A stretch of 64,000 nt of DNA, taken from the sequence record PZ452584.1; one strand, given 5' to 3'. The DNA is from a phage. The notes below the pieces were generated by a model. That model searched no databases and was not told the origin of the DNA. It was given only the letters and a program-made list of their open reading frames with translations. The translations under genes were made by a program, and so were the position numbers. This document shows positions 33,103-45,451 of this stretch, piece by piece; within the stretch, counting starts at the first letter, position 1, and every line of letters begins with the position of its first letter.

Positions 33103-33295
33103 TACTTATAATTTCAACATCAGCCCAATGACCATAGCAAGGAAGACGAAATTCAACTGGCCAGTTAGGGTCCTTTTCTAATATAATAGACTTAACTTGC
33201 GGTTCTTCGTGTTCATCAGTATACGGATTTTTATCTGTTACTTTATATGTTACCTTAATGTACTGAATTCCAAAAATCTTATTAATTATATTCAT
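33089..33295 (-). CDS. Hypothetical protein (30.4 position)
   Basis: 68 aa ORF. Confidence 0.6.
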   Translation of the reverse strand: MNIINKIFGIQYIKVTYKVTDKNPYTDEHEEPQVKSIILEKDPNWPVEFRLPCYGHWADVEIISIENV

Positions 33296-33489
33296 ACTAA
33301 TTCCTTTAGTCCGTAGATAGGAGATAATTCATCGCCCATACGAAGGTCTTCATTTCCATCTACCCAAGAAACAATATAAGCCTCTTTTACTTGAACATTT
33401 CCCAATTTAAATGCGGGTAAAACCTTAGAAATTAATCCAGGTATACCAACTCCCTTTAATTCAACGGTTTGGCCTAAAAAGAATTTCAT
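33292..33489 (-). CDS. Hypothetical protein (30.5 position)
   Basis: 65 aa ORF. Confidence 0.6.
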   Translation of the reverse strand: MKFFLGQTVELKGVGIPGLISKVLPAFKLGNVQVKEAYIVSWVDGNEDLRMGDELSPIYGLKELV

Positions 33490-33776
33490 TAGAACCTCAT
33501 CTGAAAACCATGTGATTTAACATTACCGCCATTAATATCAGAACTATTAATTTCACGTGCAATTGAGGGATCAATGTCAATTTCGCCATTAAGTTTAATG
33601 ATAGACAAAGTATCACGCCCATTTACTGTGCGGAACTCTAAAGGACAAACTACATCAACGTAGTTTTTAATCGATTCACTGGTAGGCTGCAAATGAGCAG
33701 GAAGGTCTTTAGGCGCCTTTGAGAAAACTACTTCACAGAAATTTTTGCGGGTGTCAAAATAAGTAGTCATAAACAT
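33489..33776 (-). CDS. Hypothetical protein (30.6 position)
   Basis: Start trimmed to ATG 33776 (GAGGA 7 nt upstream); the 189-aa track version runs through a hairpin, promoter and terminator. Confidence 0.6.
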   Translation of the reverse strand: MFMTTYFDTRKNFCEVVFSKAPKDLPAHLQPTSESIKNYVDVVCPLEFRTVNGRDTLSIIKLNGEIDIDPSIAREINSSDINGGNVKSHGFQMRF

Positions 33777-33829
33777 AACATTTTCCTCAGTAAAGGGCCG
33801 AAGCCCTTTTCTTTTGTTTGTGTAAGATA

Positions 33830-33859
33830 ATACTATCACAAAGGAACCGTACTGTAAAC
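33830..33859 (-). promoter_or_regulatory. Early promoter candidate (GTTTACA-17-TAGTAT)
   Basis: Motif between a terminator hairpin and the 30.6 leader. Confidence 0.5.
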
Positions 33860-33889
33860 AACTTTGTGCAATCTTTGGAAAATAAAAAA

Positions 33890-33907
33890 GGACTCCCGAA
33901 GGAGTCC
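33890..33907 (-). terminator. Intrinsic terminator after 30.7
   Basis: GGACTCC-TTCG-GGAGTCC plus U6 on minus strand. Confidence 0.7.
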
Positions 33908-33912
33908 TCAAC

Positions 33913-34089
33913 TTATGCTTTCTGCTTACCAAAACGAGAAGCATCATCTCGAAGAACCGCACGTGCTCGGCGCATGATCTTCTCAACAGTTTGATTGATA
34001 CGAGAGTTCGACCCACGCTTGTAACCAGCGCGTTTAGAATCACCAACTTTCTTTTCAACTGCTTTCTTTGCTTTAGCTTGTTTTGCCAT
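33913..34089 (-). CDS. Small lysine/arginine-rich protein (30.7 position)
   Basis: 58 aa from ATG 34089; followed by UUCG hairpin plus U-tract. Confidence 0.55.
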   Translation of the reverse strand: MAKQAKAKKAVEKKVGDSKRAGYKRGSNSRINQTVEKIMRRARAVLRDDASRFGKQKA

Positions 34090-34487
34090 TATAAATTCTC
34101 TTTTAAATGAAAATGCAGGACTTATTGGCATTGCCTGCGCAAGCCCTCAAGGGGAACATAGGTTTTTGGATATTTAACGACCAGGATAACCATAAACCCG
34201 TCATCATACCTTATAGCTCTTATCTGTTGCACACCGTTAGCTTAAAGGTTCCGGGTTCGATTTCTCGAGGATAAGATATATACTGATGGATATATAGGCC
34301 TTGAGGCGTACTCCCGATTGGCCATCACCTCGGGGTAGCATGCACTTGCCGCTATAAGAATAACATTCAAGAGGTACACCATAAAACTGCCGAGGTCTTA
34401 AAACTATAATGATTCGCAAATCATTAATCAGACAGTTCGATGGCTCCTCGATTTTAGCTCACACTAAGGCAGTGAATCTCCAATAAA

Positions 34488-34736
34488 TTACTTCAATGTT
34501 ACCACAAAGTGACGAACTGCTTTTCGTGCAGCAGAAGCCAGAGGCTTAGCATACTTAAGTTCATCTTTTTCCTGAAGCTCGGCAGCTAATGCAGTTTGAG
34601 CAGGATTCAGATGTTTGAAATAACGCAGGATTTCAAGAGCTTCGGCTTCAACATCAATAGATGCGCCATAGTTTTCGTGACCATTATTCCATGCGTTTCG
34701 TTGCAGTTCAAGAGCGTGTTGTAATTGTTTAATCAT
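34488..34736 (-). CDS. rIII: rIII lysis-inhibition accessory protein
   Basis: 82 aa as in T4; position upstream of 31. Confidence 0.9.
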   Translation of the reverse strand: MIKQLQHALELQRNAWNNGHENYGASIDVEAEALEILRYFKHLNPAQTALAAELQEKDELKYAKPLASAARKAVRHFVVTLK

Positions 34737-34875
34737 TTAAAAATTCTCGTTAGAGATTAAAACTCGGTAGTCACGTTCTTCTGAATTTCATCTTCTTTCG
34801 ACAGATCTCTCAGTTGTAGACTACCACATAGAATTGTTCGGTTAACTTATTATTCCGACACCCAATTCATATTAT

Positions 34876-34883
34876 TATTTATA
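34876..34883 (-). promoter_or_regulatory. Late promoter TATAAATA upstream of rIII
   Basis: Exact motif on minus strand just after gene 31 stop. Confidence 0.5.
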
Positions 34884-35219
34884 TCACTTATAAAGACACG
34901 GAATAGCTTTATAGTGACAAGTAACAAATTTTTGTTTAATTTCTTTTGGCTGCTTAAGACCCAGAGCTACAAAAGGATGCGGAACATTTCGAATTTGACC
35001 AACTGGAAGAGAAGTCAAATCACCAACTTCGCAGAAACCTTCAGGAACATCAGGACCAACAGAGTGAACTACACACAGTTCAGGAACTTCACCTTGAACA
35101 CGTTTACCGATAATAAGTCCTGATTCTGTAACTTCTTCATCACCAGCCTGTGCGGGTTCAGAAACTAAAATAACATATTCACCGACAGCACGAATTGGTA
35201 GCTGTTGTACTTCAGACAT
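34884..35219 (-). CDS. 31: Gp31 co-chaperonin (GroES analogue for capsid folding)
   Basis: 111 aa; MotA middle promoter upstream. Confidence 0.93.
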
Positions 35220-35249
35220 CGTTTTTCCTTTTTGTTAACAGATGAATTA

Positions 35250-35276
35250 ATAATAACAAATAATTCTTAAAGCATT
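35250..35276 (-). promoter_or_regulatory. MotA-dependent middle promoter for gene 31
   Basis: AATGCTTTA box, 12-nt spacer, TATTAT. Confidence 0.6.
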
Positions 35277-35584
35277 TATTTACCAATAAATTGGAGCAAA
35301 TGCTCAACTTTCATACCATTAACGGAAATCAATTTGTCAATAGAAAAACCTCGCCATGCACCAAGCTCAACATCAAATACTGGAATCATGTCAGTAGATT
35401 CTTTCCGAGTAGATTCAGTCAATTTACCGGTTTGCATGGTTGGCATAAAGTCTGCATCACGAGTACCTTTCATAGTACGAATAGTACCATCAGACTTTTC
35501 AAAAACTACGTTTGAAACACCCATTGACAATTTAGTTTTCAAAATTTCACGAATTGCTACTTTTTGTTCAGTCGTCAGTTTCAT
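35276..35584 (-). CDS. Hypothetical protein (31.1 position)
   Basis: 102 aa. Confidence 0.65.
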   Translation of the reverse strand: MKLTTEQKVAIREILKTKLSMGVSNVVFEKSDGTIRTMKGTRDADFMPTMQTGKLTESTRKESTDMIPVFDVELGAWRGFSIDKLISVNGMKVEHLLQFIGK

Positions 35585-35821
35585 TTATTTACCTATTACA
35601 GTTTTAATATGAGTTGTTCCACGTTCTTTAAGGGTGGAAAGTAATTTTTGGCATTTTTCTAAATCAGATTTCCAACTATATGGTCTATCAATACTAGTCC
35701 AATCAGTTTTATAATACTGCTTCCATTTAGAGAAAAAATACTTCTTATACTCTACAGCAAATGAAATGTTCTCGTTGGAATAAGAACTAATTGCAGTGAG
35801 TTGTACCAAACGAAATTTCAT
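35585..35821 (-). CDS. Hypothetical protein (31.2 position)
   Basis: 78 aa. Confidence 0.6.
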   Translation of the reverse strand: MKFRLVQLTAISSYSNENISFAVEYKKYFFSKWKQYYKTDWTSIDRPYSWKSDLEKCQKLLSTLKERGTTHIKTVIGK

Positions 35822-36402
35822 TATTCACCACAGAATTCGTTGATATTTTCCCAGTTTAACTTATTCAAGTTTTTCTTAGGAACATTAAACACTTCAATAC
35901 CCGCATTTCGCAGAATATCATCCCAGCCAGGTTTATTTTTATCGTATGTTTCGCAATAAACTAGCTTTTTAATACCAGATTGAGCTATCGCTTTTGCGCA
36001 ATCCGGACAAGGAGAAAGTGTTACATACATAGTAGCACCTTCAATAGAAGAACCATTTCGTGCAGCAAACAAAATTGCATTTAGTTCAGCATGAATTTCA
36101 TTTTTAGACGACCATTCAGAGTGAGCGCTACGGTGTTCTTTCGCCAAGACAAAGCGATCGGTTGAACCAAATGATACGCATTCAGGCTTATGACCTTGAA
36201 TGATAGTGTGTTTAGGCTTATTCAACAACCAACCTTGCTCAGCAGCATAATCACAACAGTTCACACCCCCTGCGGGTGAACCATTATACCCAGTAGAAAT
36301 AATACGTCCATTCTTTTCAATTACTGCTCCTACCTTCCAGGAGCAACATTTTGATTCCTGTGATACTAAATATGCAATTTGAAGTACTGTACTCGCTTTC
36401 AT
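35821..36402 (-). CDS. cd: dCMP deaminase
   Basis: 193 aa; zinc motifs HAELNAI and PCPDC. Confidence 0.95.
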   Translation of the reverse strand: MKASTVLQIAYLVSQESKCCSWKVGAVIEKNGRIISTGYNGSPAGGVNCCDYAAEQGWLLNKPKHTIIQGHKPECVSFGSTDRFVLAKEHRSAHSEWSSKNEIHAELNAILFAARNGSSIEGATMYVTLSPCPDCAKAIAQSGIKKLVYCETYDKNKPGWDDILRNAGIEVFNVPKKNLNKLNWENINEFCGE

Positions 36403-36737
36403 TTCATAATCACCAGATAAGCAGATTTAGCAGTTTCAACACGATAAATTTCGTGACGAAGTTTAGTTATACTTTTAATAACAGAACTAATTATATTCTG
36501 CCCATCTTTAAAGCGGTTTTTCTTATCAATAAAAACTGCGCCAGTCATCTTTTTGTGAATCTCAACTGGATACTTCGTCACAATAATAGCATCATACACA
36601 GAAGGATGAATACTATTCACCAGAGCATCATTCATTAAAGTTATTCTAATGAACTGTGCTGTTTCAGAATCAAGCGCTCTATGATCGCCAGTATCATTTT
36701 CAAGACAATTATTAATTATATCAGTTAAATTCATCAT
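36399..36737 (-). CDS. Hypothetical protein (cd.1 position)
   Basis: 112 aa. Confidence 0.6.
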   Translation of the reverse strand: MMNLTDIINNCLENDTGDHRALDSETAQFIRITLMNDALVNSIHPSVYDAIIVTKYPVEIHKKMTGAVFIDKKNRFKDGQNIISSVIKSITKLRHEIYRVETAKSAYLVIMK

Positions 36738-36973
36738 AGTACGCCATACACCCTTTGTGCTTCAACTAATCCATCAAAATCCAGTTTAAGATGCGATATT
36801 TGATCGCCATCACCTGGATTCACAATTACTAATACTGAACGAGGAGTTTCGGTAATAACACGAACCGATGTTTCAGGAAATCGTTCAGAAACCTTATTTA
36901 CTAATTCCTGTGCAAATAGTTTAACTTTTTCTTGGAATTCTTTAACAGTAATTGGTTTTTCACTTAGCAGCAT
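36734..36973 (-). CDS. Hypothetical protein (cd.2 position)
   Basis: 79 aa; early promoter candidate upstream. Confidence 0.6.
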   Translation of the reverse strand: MLLSEKPITVKEFQEKVKLFAQELVNKVSERFPETSVRVITETPRSVLVIVNPGDGDQISHLKLDFDGLVEAQRVYGVL

Positions 36974-37002
36974 TTTGTTTTCCTCATTTGTTTGGTAGAG
37001 CT

Positions 37003-37032
37003 ATAATATCACAACTCTACCGTAAAGTAAAC
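37003..37032 (-). promoter_or_regulatory. Early promoter candidate for cd.2
   Basis: GTTTACT-17-TATTAT; -10 lies inside a 7-bp inverted repeat. Confidence 0.4.
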
Positions 37033-37034
37033 TA

Positions 37035-37310
37035 TTAAATCGCTTTGAATTCCGCAGTTTGAGATTCAAAACGAATATCGCCTTTGATGACTAGCTCAGC
37101 ATCAAGACCGAATACAACAATGATATGCGCAGAACCTGGATACAGCGTAATGGCAACAGAATCCACTTGGTCTGGAAGCAAAGTATTCAATACATGAGTC
37201 ACTTGAGCATGAATTCGAAGCTCGGCTGCGTTATCAAGTTTTTCAAACATGTTATTAGCGATAATTTGGCTAAACACTACTTCTACGATTTTAGAGTAAG
37301 TCGGAAACAT
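37035..37310 (-). CDS. Hypothetical protein (cd.3 position)
   Basis: Start trimmed to ATG with GAGG SD (MFPTYSK). Confidence 0.55.
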   Translation of the reverse strand: MFPTYSKIVEVVFSQIIANNMFEKLDNAAELRIHAQVTHVLNTLLPDQVDSVAITLYPGSAHIIVVFGLDAELVIKGDIRFESQTAEFKAI

Positions 37311-37312
37311 AT

Positions 37313-37513
37313 TTACCTCACATAATTTTCTTCGAGCCAATCAATAACATCCAACGCATTATCAAAAGTTGAACCATCTACTTTGTCTTCTGTTTCATAA
37401 TCAAGAACATCTAAACCTACTCTTCCATCAACAATAGGCCATAAACAAAATAGATATTTCTTTTCTTTTTCAATTTTATCACAAAGACGATAAATCTTTT
37501 CTATGTTATTCAT
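37313..37513 (-). CDS. Hypothetical protein (cd.4 position)
   Basis: 66 aa. Confidence 0.55.
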   Translation of the reverse strand: MNNIEKIYRLCDKIEKEKKYLFCLWPIVDGRVGLDVLDYETEDKVDGSTFDNALDVIDWLEENYVR

Positions 37514-37702
37514 AAGTTTTCCATGGTAAAGGCAGTTTAGTTTTCTTTACTGTTAGTTCAATATCAGGATTCTTTTCTCTTAATTTAAGGCATTCCTCCC
37601 AAGCTCTGATTTCACTAGTGAATACACAAAATTGCCCATTACTAGTACCGACTAAACCACTATTTACAATAATAATAGCCCAAGTTTCATGATGCCACGC
37701 CA

Positions 37703-37703
<1 letters not shown>
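37506..37703 (-). CDS. Hypothetical protein (cd.5 position)
   Basis: 65 aa. Confidence 0.55.
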
Positions 37704-38906
<1,203 letters not shown>

Positions 38907-38910
<4 letters not shown>

Positions 38911-39137
38911 TTATTTTTCTCAACCAATGATTGAATATAATCATGCAGGTCTTTAGATGCTTTACCCCACTTATTTTGATATTCATTTTTAAGATTAGCC
39001 CGAGATTGAGCTAATAAAACATCATTAGTTGGAGGTAAAGATTCTAATCGTTGAATCTGACGTCCATAAATCATTGCAGCCATCTCAGATTCATAAATCA
39101 ATCCTTTGAGATGTTCAAATTGATGCCATGAAATCAT
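38907..39137 (-). CDS. Hypothetical protein
   Basis: 76 aa. Confidence 0.55.
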
Positions 39138-39433
39138 TTACATTTATCCTCTTTTAACTCTTGACGATAATAACATATCATAGTTTTTTGGTCATGTACA
39201 TATCGTTTTACATCATTAAGCCAAATACGAAATTCCTGGGAATCTTCAAATGGCATACCGACCCAAGCTTTACCATCAATAACTTTAACTTGCCAAGATA
39301 GTTTAGCTTCATCATATGACTTTATTTGTACAGGCCAATTAGGATGAACTGTTTCTTTCTTTACTTCTAGAGGCTTTGTCGAACAACCAACTAGAAGACC
39401 AATAGATAATATTACTGCCGATAGTTTAATCAT
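39134..39433 (-). CDS. Outer-membrane spanin (lipoprotein)
   Basis: 99 aa; signal peptide with lipobox LLVGC; adjacent to i-spanin candidate. Confidence 0.75.
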   Translation of the reverse strand: MIKLSAVILSIGLLVGCSTKPLEVKKETVHPNWPVQIKSYDEAKLSWQVKVIDGKAWVGMPFEDSQEFRIWLNDVKRYVHDQKTMICYYRQELKEDKCK

Positions 39434-39783
39434 TTAGAAAGGTCCTGGATGTCTTCTGCGAACTTGTTGAAGGAGTTGTTGATTTGTTTTTCAACCAATC
39501 CTGGCTTATGAGCCACCACATCCGCCTTCTTTGCATCTTTGCGCAGTTTTTCATTTTCACGCTCAATAGCAGCAATTGCCTCACGATTTTTATTATTCAT
39601 CGCATCAATATAATTATACTGAATTCGCAAATTATCTAATGCTAAAGCGTTTTCATTGGCTGTTTTTGTAATTTCAGTAACTGATGTTTCTAATCTTTCT
39701 ACCTTATTTTTTAAAATAATAGATGTTCCACCCAATGCTATTACAATTAATAGTAAACCTGCTGTCGTATTACTTAATTGCAT
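39430..39783 (-). CDS. Inner-membrane spanin (N-terminal TM, coiled coil)
   Basis: 117 aa; hydrophobic N-terminus then coiled-coil-like sequence. Confidence 0.75.
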   Translation of the reverse strand: MQLSNTTAGLLLIVIALGGTSIILKNKVERLETSVTEITKTANENALALDNLRIQYNYIDAMNNKNREAIAAIERENEKLRKDAKKADVVAHKPGLVEKQINNSFNKFAEDIQDLSK

Positions 39784-40280
39784 AAAGTTTTAATAACCTC
39801 TATAATATCGTCTTGAGAAAGACCGTTAATTAAAATATGATGTTCAGCTGGAGATTTAGAAATTTTAAAGCATGCCTCAACATCTTCTGCCATATCCGAT
39901 GCACTACGATTTGGATTACTAATTCCAAGACGATGCTTTCCAGTCAAAGGATTAACGATGATATAGCATTTGCAGCTATTGATATGAACATTGGGCTGAG
40001 TCTGATTAATGAACACTTCGCAATCATACTTAGCGAGTTGATTTTCTAAAAAGACTTTCATCTCTTCAACCGCATCAGGAAGCATATCACGGGCTTGCTC
40101 AAGACGACGATTTCGATATTCTTTAATGGTCGTTTTCCGCTTGACTTGCTTAGCTAAATCTTTCTTAAGATCGGTGATATATCCAACTCGACGATTTCCT
40201 TTGAATACAGAAATCCCATCTGTAGTATCACCGTATGCTTCAACGACCATTTCAGTAGTAATAAGCTGCAAATCCATCAT
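39774..40280 (-). CDS. alc: Alc, host transcription termination factor
   Basis: 168 aa; position between spanins and rnlA; early promoter cassette upstream. Confidence 0.85.
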   Translation of the reverse strand: MMDLQLITTEMVVEAYGDTTDGISVFKGNRRVGYITDLKKDLAKQVKRKTTIKEYRNRRLEQARDMLPDAVEEMKVFLENQLAKYDCEVFINQTQPNVHINSCKCYIIVNPLTGKHRLGISNPNRSASDMAEDVEACFKISKSPAEHHILINGLSQDDIIEVIKTLCN

Positions 40281-40284
40281 AAAG

Positions 40285-40338
40285 TCCTCATGTTATGTCA
40301 GTAAGACTACTATAACACAACACGAGGGACTTGTAAAC
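40285..40338 (-). repeat. 54-bp early promoter + leader cassette, copy 2
   Basis: Identical to 25628..25681. Confidence 0.9.
40309..40338 (-). promoter_or_regulatory. Early promoter for alc (second copy of cassette)
   Basis: Identical to promoter at 25652..25681. Confidence 0.7.
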
Positions 40339-40341
40339 AGC

Positions 40342-41929
<1,588 letters not shown>

Positions 41930-41956
41930 AATAAAATGGGCCTTGCGGCCCACTCC

Positions 41957-43135
41957 TTAAAAGTATTTTTTAAAACTCATCATAACTTTATCATCAACAT
42001 CATTATCAATCTGTGCAACAAGGTAAGATGACAGTTCTACTTCTTGTGGCGCGGATTGAACATTATCAGAATTAAGATATTCACGAATCCAAGGATATGG
42101 ATGTTTAACCGGAGCATCGGTAATTGGGCATGGAAGACCACACTGTTTCATACGAGATACAGTTAAGTAATCAATAAAGCTCCACATGCTATTTGTATTT
42201 AATCCAGGAACATCGCCATCTTTAAATAAATGAACTGCCCAATCTTTTTCTTGGCGGTTAACTTCCATGAAAATATCAACTGCTTCTTGTTCACACTCTT
42301 GAGCAATTTTAACCCATTCATCACCATCAGTGCCAAGTTGAAGTTGACGAATAATATATTGTGTGCCTTTAAGGTGAAGCTGTTCATCACGTGCAATGAA
42401 CTTCATAATCTTGGCATTACCTTCCATGATTTCCATGTTCTTATGGAAGTTAAAGGTACATGCGAAAGATACATAAAAACGAATAGCTTCCAATGCGTTG
42501 ATTACATGCAAACAGAGGTAAAGAGATTTCATTAAAGCACGTTTAGCTTCGGCTTCTTGTTTAATAGCTCTGTTTAAACGAAAGTCGGCATCAGGAGATT
42601 CTTTAGCTAGTTCTACAAATTCTTTAGCATTTTCCCATTCACGGGTTTTAATCAGAACATCATCATAATAACGTCCAATTGATTCAGCACGTTTCATAAT
42701 AGCTTCATCTAATACAATCTCATCAAATACCTTTGACGGATCAGTATAAAGATTTCGCATGATATGAGTATATGAACGACTATGAATAGTTTCACTAAAA
42801 GTCCATGTAGCAACCCATGTATCAAGGCTTGGGTCTGAAATTAATGACATAAGTACAGCAGACGGCGCACGACCCTGAATGCTATCCAAAAGTGATTGAT
42901 ACTTCAGATTATTAGTAAAAATATTCTGCTGATACTGAGGAAGCTTATTAAACTGTGCAGCATCCATCATTAAGTTTACTTCTTCCGGGCGCCAGAAAAA
43001 TGATAAGGACTTTTCTGTGAGTTCTTCAAATACTCGATGCCGTTGAATATCATAACGCGCAATACCAAGACCTGAACCAAAAAACATAGGTTCTTTTAAA
43101 ACATCAACTGGGTTTGTATTAAAAACTGTGCTCAT
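41957..43135 (-). CDS. nrdB: Ribonucleotide reductase beta subunit, uninterrupted
   Basis: 392 aa continuous ORF; no intron. Confidence 0.95.
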   Translation of the reverse strand: MSTVFNTNPVDVLKEPMFFGSGLGIARYDIQRHRVFEELTEKSLSFFWRPEEVNLMMDAAQFNKLPQYQQNIFTNNLKYQSLLDSIQGRAPSAVLMSLISDPSLDTWVATWTFSETIHSRSYTHIMRNLYTDPSKVFDEIVLDEAIMKRAESIGRYYDDVLIKTREWENAKEFVELAKESPDADFRLNRAIKQEAEAKRALMKSLYLCLHVINALEAIRFYVSFACTFNFHKNMEIMEGNAKIMKFIARDEQLHLKGTQYIIRQLQLGTDGDEWVKIAQECEQEAVDIFMEVNRQEKDWAVHLFKDGDVPGLNTNSMWSFIDYLTVSRMKQCGLPCPITDAPVKHPYPWIREYLNSDNVQSAPQEVELSSYLVAQIDNDVDDKVMMSFKKYF

Positions 43136-43186
43136 AAATTTTCCGCTTAGTTAATAGTTAGTGACTCGTCCGTGAGTCAAATTATA

Positions 43187-45451
43187 TCATAATTTACAGG
43201 ATGAACAATCTTCAGCTTTTGGAGTTTCTATTTCATAATCATCAGTACCAGAACCATCACGGGTATTATGATAATAGAAATTTTTAATGCCATAATACCA
43301 TCCGTATAGCATATCATCAATCATTATTGACATTGGAACCTTTCCTTTTGGAAAAATCTGTGGGTCATAATATGTATTCGCCGAAGCTGATTGACATACC
43401 CATTTCAGCATAATAGCTACCTGCGTAAGATAAGGTTTATTACCTTTCTTAGCTAATTTCCATGTATAATCATATAGGTCTATGTTATGTTCAATATTGG
43501 GCACGACTTGATTAAAGGAACCCTCTTTTGATTCTTTAACAGAGACTGGTCCACGTGGAGGCTCGATACCGTTTGTACTGTTAGAAACTTGGGAAGATGA
43601 CTCACATGGCATAAGTGCTGATAGTGTGCTATTACGGATGCCAAAGAGCTTAAGGTCTTCCCGCAGCGACGACCAGTCACAAACGTATTTTGGAGCTGCG
43701 ATTTGGTCAATCTTTTTATTGTACCAGTCGATAGGTAATTCGCCTCGAGACCAACGAGTGTCTGAATAATATTCGCAAGGTCCTTTTTCTTTGGCGAGCT
43801 TAATGGATGCTTTAATGAGTCCATACTGTAATCTCTCAAATAGTTCATGTGTTAAATCGTTAGCATCTTCATAAGAAGCAAAGTTACTTGCCAGCCAAGC
43901 TGCATAGTTAGTAACACCTACACCAAGGTTACGACGCTTTTTAGCTTTTTCTGCTTCAGGAACTGGATATCCTTGGTAATCCAAAAGATTATCAAGAGCA
44001 CGAACTTGAACTTCTGCCAATTCATTAATTTTATCTTGGTCTTGCCAATCGAAGTTATCCAACACAAATGCAGATAACGTGCACAATCCAATTTCAGCAT
44101 CAGGGCTATTCACATCATTTGTTGGAATAGCAATTTCACAACACAAGTTACTCTGACGAATAGGTGCCTTTTCACGAATAAACGGAGTATAGTTATTCGT
44201 ATTATCAATGAACTGCACATAAATCCTTGCTGTTCCTGAGCGTTCAGTCATGAGCAATTCAAATAGTTCACGGGCTTTAATACGCTTTTTACGAATATTA
44301 GGGTCTTTTTCTGCTGCTTCGTATAATTCACGGAAACGGTCTTGGTCTTTAAAATAAGAATAATAAAGCTCACCACCCATTTCATGCGGACTGAACAAAG
44401 TAATGTAATCATTCTTTCCGAATCGTTCCATCATCAAATCATTCAGCTGAACACCATAATCCATATGACGAATGCGGTTTTCTTCTACGCCTTTGTTATT
44501 TTTCAAAACGAGAAGATTTTCAACTTCCAAATGCCAAATAGGATAATAAGCAGTAGCAGCGCCGCCACGAATTCCACCCTGTGAACATGATTTAACTGCG
44601 GTCTGAAAATGTTTCCAAAAAGGAATAACACCAGTATGGCGTACTTCACCCATGCCAATCTTAGAACCTTCGGCACGAATCATACCAACGTTAATACCAA
44701 TTCCAGCGCGTTTAGAGATATATTCAACAATTGAAGCGGAAGCCTTATTGATAGACTTTAATGAATCACCTGCCTCAATAACAACGCATGAACTAAACTG
44801 TCGAGTCGGAGTACGACAACCAGCCATAATAGGAGTTGGCAATGAAATCTGTCGAGTAGATACTGCTTCATAAAAACGGATAACATGTTTTAATCTATCA
44901 ACAGGTTCATCTTGATGCAGTGCCATTCCAATAGTCATAAATGCAAACTGTGGAGTTTCATAAATTTGACCAGTGGTTTTATCTTTGACTAGATATTTTT
45001 CTTTTAATTGCATCGCCCCGGAATAAGTAAATTCCATATCCCGCTCGTGCTTAATTTTTGATTCTAAAAATGTAATTTCTTCTGCTGAATATTTTGACAA
45101 TAATTCAGGGTCATATTTACCTTCATTTACACAGTAAGAAATATGGTCAATAAATGAACGTGGTTCATACTGCCCATAAACATGCTTACGAAGAGCAAAC
45201 ATTAAACAGCGTGCAGCTACATATTGATAATCAGGTTCTTCAACCGAAATAGAATTCGCAGCGGCCTTAATGACAATAGTCTGAATATCATCAGTTGTCA
45301 TTCCATCACGGAGATATGATTTAATATTTTCATATAATTCATAAGGATCTACTGATGTTCCCTCAGCTGCCCAAGATAAAACTTTAATAATTTTTTGTGG
45401 ATCAAAGCTCTGAGAAACACCACTACTTTTGATAACATTAATTAATTGCAT
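43187..45451 (-). CDS. nrdA: Ribonucleotide reductase alpha subunit
   Basis: 754 aa; class I RNR large subunit. Confidence 0.96.
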   Translation of the reverse strand: MQLINVIKSSGVSQSFDPQKIIKVLSWAAEGTSVDPYELYENIKSYLRDGMTTDDIQTIVIKAAANSISVEEPDYQYVAARCLMFALRKHVYGQYEPRSFIDHISYCVNEGKYDPELLSKYSAEEITFLESKIKHERDMEFTYSGAMQLKEKYLVKDKTTGQIYETPQFAFMTIGMALHQDEPVDRLKHVIRFYEAVSTRQISLPTPIMAGCRTPTRQFSSCVVIEAGDSLKSINKASASIVEYISKRAGIGINVGMIRAEGSKIGMGEVRHTGVIPFWKHFQTAVKSCSQGGIRGGAATAYYPIWHLEVENLLVLKNNKGVEENRIRHMDYGVQLNDLMMERFGKNDYITLFSPHEMGGELYYSYFKDQDRFRELYEAAEKDPNIRKKRIKARELFELLMTERSGTARIYVQFIDNTNNYTPFIREKAPIRQSNLCCEIAIPTNDVNSPDAEIGLCTLSAFVLDNFDWQDQDKINELAEVQVRALDNLLDYQGYPVPEAEKAKKRRNLGVGVTNYAAWLASNFASYEDANDLTHELFERLQYGLIKASIKLAKEKGPCEYYSDTRWSRGELPIDWYNKKIDQIAAPKYVCDWSSLREDLKLFGIRNSTLSALMPCESSSQVSNSTNGIEPPRGPVSVKESKEGSFNQVVPNIEHNIDLYDYTWKLAKKGNKPYLTQVAIMLKWVCQSASANTYYDPQIFPKGKVPMSIMIDDMLYGWYYGIKNFYYHNTRDGSGTDDYEIETPKAEDCSSCKL

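Noticed and set aside
33489-34058. 189-aa track ORF spanning the 30.6/30.7 interval
   Set aside because: The long frame runs through a terminator hairpin, an early promoter and a second hairpin; the real gene most likely starts at ATG 33776 with a GAGGA SD.
34240-34275. tRNA-like GGTTCGATT motif
   Set aside because: I could not build a T-arm stem or acceptor stem around it by hand, so there is no support for a tRNA; a tRNA scan is needed to settle it.
34237-34419. 60-aa ORF with TTG start in the ORF-poor region
   Set aside because: Non-ATG start, no SD, basic low-complexity composition; treated as part of the unresolved segment rather than a gene.
42199-42535. Overlapping ORFs on both strands within nrdB
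   Set aside because: Embedded in the conserved ribonucleotide reductase coding sequence.
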